From a virus, in IMG/VR virus record IMGVR_UViG_3300010430_000013, positions 25,734 through 89,733 of that record: 64,000 nt of DNA; one strand, given 5' to 3'. Shown here piece by piece: positions 59,540-64,000 of the stretch. The translations under genes were made by a program, and so were the position numbers. The notes beneath the pieces are model-generated. The model was not told the DNA's origin, searched no databases, and saw nothing but the letters and a program-made list of their open reading frames with translations. Position 1 is the stretch's first letter. The number at the start of each line of letters is the position of its first letter.

Positions 59540-60439
59540 TCACTGGGGATAAACTTCTAGGTTCCATCGAATAATTCCTTCATATAGTCCAGTATTTATC
59601 TGGGCAAATGACCGAATTTCCGTAGAATTTATCCTCGCGCAGCCCCAAAGGTGATTAGTTAAAAGATCTGGATACTGCATTCCAGAGGGATTTAGGAAGC
59701 CGTTGCAGTCAAGTGGGAGTTCGGCTCCGTCAGGATCAAATAAACAAAATTGTTTGTATTCTTGGAGGTTCAGAATATCCGCAATATTTTGCCTATCTCC
59801 CTTTTGGTCTGTATAAATGTATAAATCTATTGGCATTTGGAAGCCGTTTGTGCAGTCTCCAAGGCCCCTGCGAATAAGCTGGCTGGCCCCAAAAGAGTCG
59901 ATTACGACCGCTGGAAGCTGCACTCTATTTTGGCTTTGCATGCCGATAGTCCAAGTTCCGCAGTTATCTCGGGTAAAAAAGCCATCTTGAATATCCCAAG
60001 AATTAAGCTCAAGCTCTTTCCACCAGGATTCCTCGTTGGCTATGAGAACACTAACTTGTTTAGCGGCATACTCTGCAGAAGGAACTACTCCCTCCACATA
60101 ACCGTACTTATAGTTAATATTCCCGCTAATCGATGGAGTCGAAGGAGAATGAACGCCCCCCTCGGTATCTGTATAAGTCACGCCTGTCTCGTGGACCCAA
60201 TTGGCACGCCATCCTTGGGACGCTGTTCCACCTACATAGCAATCAACCTGGCTTAATAAGGATGCGTCTTCACCATTAGGTCCGGGAAAACCCGAACGAA
60301 TTTCCACCCATGCGCCGATTTCTAGAAAGGCCCAATCTAAAAAGAATTGTATATTTTTTTCTACTTTGGTAATTGGCGTCGTAAGGCCAAAATGCGCAAA
60401 GTTCTTAAACCCGGAGGTTGGATCACATCCGCAAGACAT
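59540..60439 (-). CDS. putative tail terminator/completion protein
   Basis: RVQLPAVVID; position upstream of the tube-like gene. Confidence 0.55.
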   Translation of the reverse strand: MSCGCDPTSGFKNFAHFGLTTPITKVEKNIQFFLDWAFLEIGAWVEIRSGFPGPNGEDASLLSQVDCYVGGTASQGWRANWVHETGVTYTDTEGGVHSPSTPSISGNINYKYGYVEGVVPSAEYAAKQVSVLIANEESWWKELELNSWDIQDGFFTRDNCGTWTIGMQSQNRVQLPAVVIDSFGASQLIRRGLGDCTNGFQMPIDLYIYTDQKGDRQNIADILNLQEYKQFCLFDPDGAELPLDCNGFLNPSGMQYPDLLTNHLWGCARINSTEIRSFAQINTGLYEGIIRWNLEVYPQ

Positions 60440-61122
60440 TATCTAACTCTCCTTCTAACTCTAGTTAAATAGGTTTTAAGCGCTAAGTCAGTTTGTCGTC
60501 TTATTGAGATAAGGCGCTTGTTCAGCGCTCTTGTCACAAAGTTATTGTTCACGGTTCCGGCAAACTGAGTTGGGACGGCCCAGCTTCTAGCTCGCCCCTT
60601 TCTCATGACTACATTTGTTTTACTTCTGGAGTTTTTAGCAGCCGGGGTGCCTCTTGCATCATAAACGTCCCACCCTAGAACTTGAACTACAGCTCCAGAA
60701 AGAGCTAACCATTTAAACCAAGGTAATTGAGGTGGTCCATTTTTTCCGCTATTATCTTGAAATGCCCAACCCTCGGATGCCATTGCAGTTACATCAGGTG
60801 TAAACTCGATATTGACTCTTCCTAGCTTTCTTCCAACTGCTCTTTCTCTTTTTACTTTGACGTTCGTAAGTATAGAGCGTTTCATCAAGTTAACTTTTTG
60901 AGCCGCGCTAGTTAAACCAAGCTGAGCTTTCAAAGATCCAATGCTTCTCCCGTTAACCATTGAGTCAACTTCCGGGGAATTCGCTGGGTCGAAAGCAAGC
61001 TCGATTTGATCATCTACAACCTCTTTAAGCTCTTTAGTTAATGCAGGAAGCTCAGCATTAAGGGCGGAGTTTACGGCTTTTGAAATAGCTCTACTAGCTA
61101 AGGTTGCTTTGAATTTGGCCAT
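60439..61122 (-). CDS. putative neck protein
   Basis: Basic; LPWFKWL, AGTVNNNFVTRA. Confidence 0.55.
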   Translation of the reverse strand: MAKFKATLASRAISKAVNSALNAELPALTKELKEVVDDQIELAFDPANSPEVDSMVNGRSIGSLKAQLGLTSAAQKVNLMKRSILTNVKVKRERAVGRKLGRVNIEFTPDVTAMASEGWAFQDNSGKNGPPQLPWFKWLALSGAVVQVLGWDVYDARGTPAAKNSRSKTNVVMRKGRARSWAVPTQFAGTVNNNFVTRALNKRLISIRRQTDLALKTYLTRVRRRVR

Positions 61123-61664
61123 TATCTAGATGAAACTCCAGTCCAAGCCGCGCCAACAAAATTAGGATTGCCAATTCCACAGGGCTCTACATCTCCAACT
61201 CTCTCGAATCTCCTGCCAGAGAAACAAGGGTCAGTATTGTATGGGATTAAATATTGAGCAGTCCGCAATTTATTTGCAAGGTCTATATGGCAGAATGTTT
61301 CTAATTCTACTCTAGCGGCATTTACCCCTTGAGACTCAGTAGTCCACCAGGACTTGCTGTCCCAGATTACCATCAGAGAAACGTCTTCAGTTTGGCTCGA
61401 TAGAACCTTGCCCTTACCTGAACAAGTAATGCATCTTTGACCAGGGTAATGAAATGGAGTCGTTCCATCGGGGCCGAAAACCCCTGCATTACAGGTTGGG
61501 CAATCTACATAAACATTAGCAAAAACAAGCCCGCACGATACCGCGCAAGCGCAGTCTTCTAGGAGGGAGTTAATAGCTGCATTGAATTGATCCTTAAAGT
61601 TTTGACCAATTATGCCGGAGTAAATTCCGTTGTTCGAGGGGTTACCCGAAATTTCACACGCCAT
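61122..61664 (-). CDS. putative head-tail connector with CxxC pairs
   Basis: CPTC, CITCSGKG; position. Confidence 0.55.
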   Translation of the reverse strand: MACEISGNPSNNGIYSGIIGQNFKDQFNAAINSLLEDCACAVSCGLVFANVYVDCPTCNAGVFGPDGTTPFHYPGQRCITCSGKGKVLSSQTEDVSLMVIWDSKSWWTTESQGVNAARVELETFCHIDLANKLRTAQYLIPYNTDPCFSGRRFERVGDVEPCGIGNPNFVGAAWTGVSSR

Positions 61665-61747
61665 TTAGAACCTCCTCCCAGAAGCTTAAACAAAAAATAA
61701 TTACAAGGAAAAACAACGCCCAGAGCACATGCATCAGGACGCAGACA

Positions 61748-61981
61748 TTAGTTCCCTTGCACACAGCCTGGGCATCCACAGTTAGAGCATTTACATGGAT
61801 TGCAAACACACAAGCAGCCTTCGGAGCTACACTGGCATTCACACTCATCGCAGTATTTAACTACATCGCTCTTAACTGGAACTTTTTTGGCCGTAGCGAG
61901 ATCAAAGACAATCGCGCAGAGAAGCGTTCCAGCGGTCAAAGCAAGAATTACTCCGATATTTTTCCACATGTCATCATTCAT
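61748..61981 (-). CDS. TM-anchored metallothionein-like Cys-rich protein
   Basis: CDECECQCSSEGCLCVCNPCKCSNCGCPGC. Confidence 0.6.
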   Translation of the reverse strand: MNDDMWKNIGVILALTAGTLLCAIVFDLATAKKVPVKSDVVKYCDECECQCSSEGCLCVCNPCKCSNCGCPGCVQGN

Positions 61982-61985
61982 ATTT

Positions 61986-62123
61986 TCACCCATATATTAA
62001 ATATAAGAACACGCCTAATACTATAGCGGCCAATATCATCAAAAACTTTAAGCATCCCTTCAAGTTCTTAATAATAAGATATACCGTAACTATAGACACC
62101 ACGGCGCTTAGAATGAGTTCCAT
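61986..62123 (-). CDS. small two-TM protein (45 aa, holin candidate; not in the ORF track)
   Basis: MELILSAVVSIVTVYLIIKNLKGCLKFLMILAAIVLGVFLYLIYG*; RBS GAGGAG. Confidence 0.55.
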   Translation of the reverse strand: MELILSAVVSIVTVYLIIKNLKGCLKFLMILAAIVLGVFLYLIYG

Positions 62124-62125
62124 GA

Positions 62126-62464
62126 TTACTCCTCAATGGGAGCAATTGGGCGGACTTTCATAGGGTCTTCCCATTCGTTTAAATCGGGGAAATCACGTCC
62201 TTCTCGGCCAAAAAGCTTATCAAAGAAGCCTTCTGCGCGAGATTTTCCACTGACAGCTTGGAATTCCTGTTTGACCCAGTTAAAGAAACCATAATAATTA
62301 TTCTTGATAACCTGCACAGCCTGCTCTTTTTCGGCCAGTGTCACGGAAACTTGGGCAAATTTCCACCCAAACCATAGATTTGAGGCAACCAGTGCCGCGA
62401 TAATAAGCATTGAGATAGTCGGACCTAAGCCTGGTTTTACTACTATTTTTTCATCTTTTGCCAT
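62126..62464 (-). CDS. membrane protein (possible spanin/holin)
   Basis: Single TM followed by an amphipathic helix. Confidence 0.55.
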   Translation of the reverse strand: MAKDEKIVVKPGLGPTISMLIIAALVASNLWFGWKFAQVSVTLAEKEQAVQVIKNNYYGFFNWVKQEFQAVSGKSRAEGFFDKLFGREGRDFPDLNEWEDPMKVRPIAPIEE

Positions 62465-62470
62465 AATAAA

Positions 62471-62493
62471 GAAAAAGCCGCCCGAAGGCGGCT
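62471..62493 (-). terminator. intrinsic terminator with UUCG loop
   Basis: AGCCGCC-TTCG-GGCGGCT followed by TTTT on the - strand. Confidence 0.85.
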
Positions 62494-62522
62494 CTCCGTA
62501 GGTTAAATTAACTCGCCGTTGA

Positions 62523-62843
62523 TTAGGCAGGAGCCGTAGCCGGTGCTGGAGCTGGCTCAGCGGCAGCTGCTGCTTGTGCAGCTTCCTGAGTAGCAATCTC
62601 CTTCTTTAGATAGTCCATAATCGGTGCAACGTGTACATATGGAAACTTACCCAAAGCACCGCCGATAACATTCCAATGAACGTCCGACAGCTCAACCAGG
62701 TACTGGTCCTGTTCTTCTGACTCAACCACAGCTGGCACCAAGTCCAGAATAGGTTTTGCTTCGTTAAAAGGAAGCGTCTCAACCGCACTGCGCATCACTT
62801 CAAGATGCTGTTTAGAAACATTAACAGAAAAAGTCTTGTCCAT
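62523..62843 (-). CDS. hypothetical protein with internal duplication
   Basis: LPFNEAKPIL / FPYVHVAPIM repeat; RBS GGAG. Confidence 0.7.
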   Translation of the reverse strand: MDKTFSVNVSKQHLEVMRSAVETLPFNEAKPILDLVPAVVESEEQDQYLVELSDVHWNVIGGALGKFPYVHVAPIMDYLKKEIATQEAAQAAAAAEPAPAPATAPA

Positions 62844-62898
62844 GAAAAATCATGTCTCCAAAAAAAGTAAAAAGGTACGTACTGTAATTGAACCGAAA

Positions 62899-63189
62899 TT
62901 ACTGCTTCACCATAACAATTCCAGCTGCATTTAATGGTGCAGAACCGGAACCGGTCGTTTGGTAGAGGTCTCCAGCATTCAAGCCGGAAGCAGCAGCGTC
63001 ATCGTCATAAGCAGGCAAACCGATGCCCGAAAGCGACTCAAGAACGCAACAGCCCCAAACGAATGGAGTATCAGTGTTGTTCGAAGATACGATATCAGTA
63101 TCAAGCGCTGGAAGCTCTTTGTTTTGTCCAGACAAGCTGTACTGACCGCCAAGATCTTGTGTAGATCCACCACCAGAATAAATAGCCAT
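62899..63189 (-). CDS. putative virion decoration protein (paralog)
   Basis: N-terminus similar to 63298-63819; LPAYDDDAAA..GL..GDLY. Confidence 0.65.
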   Translation of the reverse strand: MAIYSGGGSTQDLGGQYSLSGQNKELPALDTDIVSSNNTDTPFVWGCCVLESLSGIGLPAYDDDAAASGLNAGDLYQTTGSGSAPLNAAGIVMVKQ

Positions 63190-63297
63190 TAGTTTTCTCT
63201 CTTTTAAAAAGCGTTAATTTAACCTAAAAAGGCAATATGCCCTCTATTTATACCCCAAAAATAAAAATAATGAATATTAGAGTGATCCTTTATAACT

Positions 63298-63819
63298 TTA
63301 TCGGAAGTACCAAGTGTCATTAGCTGAGCGGTATCTCAATGAGATAGAGTCACCGCTTGTTACCGTCATAGGAAAATTGCCCAAAACGGTACCACCAGTA
63401 AAACTAAAGGCGTCAACCACAATATCTCCAAAGGAAATTTGCCCCCCAAAATGATACTCAGCTAAATCTCCATTAGTTGGGGAAGAAGGAAGGGCTTGAC
63501 TAAGAGAGGCTTGTTGTGAAGCCGGATCAACATAAATAACAGTAATTGCATCAGGAGTAAGAGCCGCCAGCGCGGTCACATCCGAATCAAGCTCGGCTAT
63601 GGCCGACTGTACGGTATTTGATACAATACTTCCTGTGGGGACAAACGAAACCTGAGAAGCGCTCGTAGCAATGCTACAACAACCCAAACCGATATTTTCG
63701 TCAGAATTATTAGAAGTAACAATCCCAGGGTTAACTTCGGGCAAATCTTTTACAGCGCTAGAAGTTGAAAAACTTCCGCCAATATTCTGAGTTGTTGCGC
63801 CATTTGTGAAGATTGCCAT
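63298..63819 (-). CDS. putative virion decoration/fiber protein (paralog)
   Basis: ASQVSFVPTG..VQSAIAEL fiber motif; LPSSPTNGD. Confidence 0.7.
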   Translation of the reverse strand: MAIFTNGATTQNIGGSFSTSSAVKDLPEVNPGIVTSNNSDENIGLGCCSIATSASQVSFVPTGSIVSNTVQSAIAELDSDVTALAALTPDAITVIYVDPASQQASLSQALPSSPTNGDLAEYHFGGQISFGDIVVDAFSFTGGTVLGNFPMTVTSGDSISLRYRSANDTWYFR

Positions 63820-64000
63820 GGTTTTACCTGATTGTTAAGTAATTTTCTACCACTCTTATAGACACCAAAACAGCCGCTTATTCAGCTAAACGCTTCTGAA
63901 CAACGATTTCCCCAACTTGAGGGGCCTCTGGGTCTTTTAGTACGGCTAATTCTTCGTAATTTTCGGTTTGTCGGGTGATTAGCATGTTTGCTTCGTCCCC

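Overview
A 64 kb segment of a large tailed dsDNA bacteriophage genome; no rRNA, complete tRNA, CRISPR array or integrase was recognised. The + strand (1-41.7 kb) carries early/accessory and DNA-metabolism genes: an intein-containing gmd, an intein-containing class II ribonucleotide reductase, HD hydrolase, sulfotransferase, glycosyltransferases, dUTPase, PhoH, RecA-like recombinase, DnaB, primase, dNMP kinase, Cas4-like exonuclease, SSB, a DnaE split into two separate genes, HNH nucleases, a DEDDh exonuclease and a MotA/ExbB-ExbD-like membrane module. The - strand (41.7-64 kb) carries a tail/neck morphogenesis module with a 1770-aa tape measure protein. A secreted protease with a Planctomycete-type N-terminal motif suggests a Planctomycetota host (inference). 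The most striking element is at 764-3089: seven GC-richer single-gene cassettes, each bounded by a 16-22 bp direct repeat, (GACGCT)CTAGCCAACTGAGCTA. The repeat is the reverse complement of a tRNA D-arm, carries stop codons in all three frames, and has inverted arms around a 7-bp core, so the array looks like an integron-like gene-capture system. Also notable: a 136-nt minimal tmRNA, a candidate structured ncRNA, a recurring phage-specific promoter motif, and a tape measure protein almost devoid of C/W/M/H/Y next to Cys-rich tail proteins. All calls are by motif recognition and manual reading; no searches were run.
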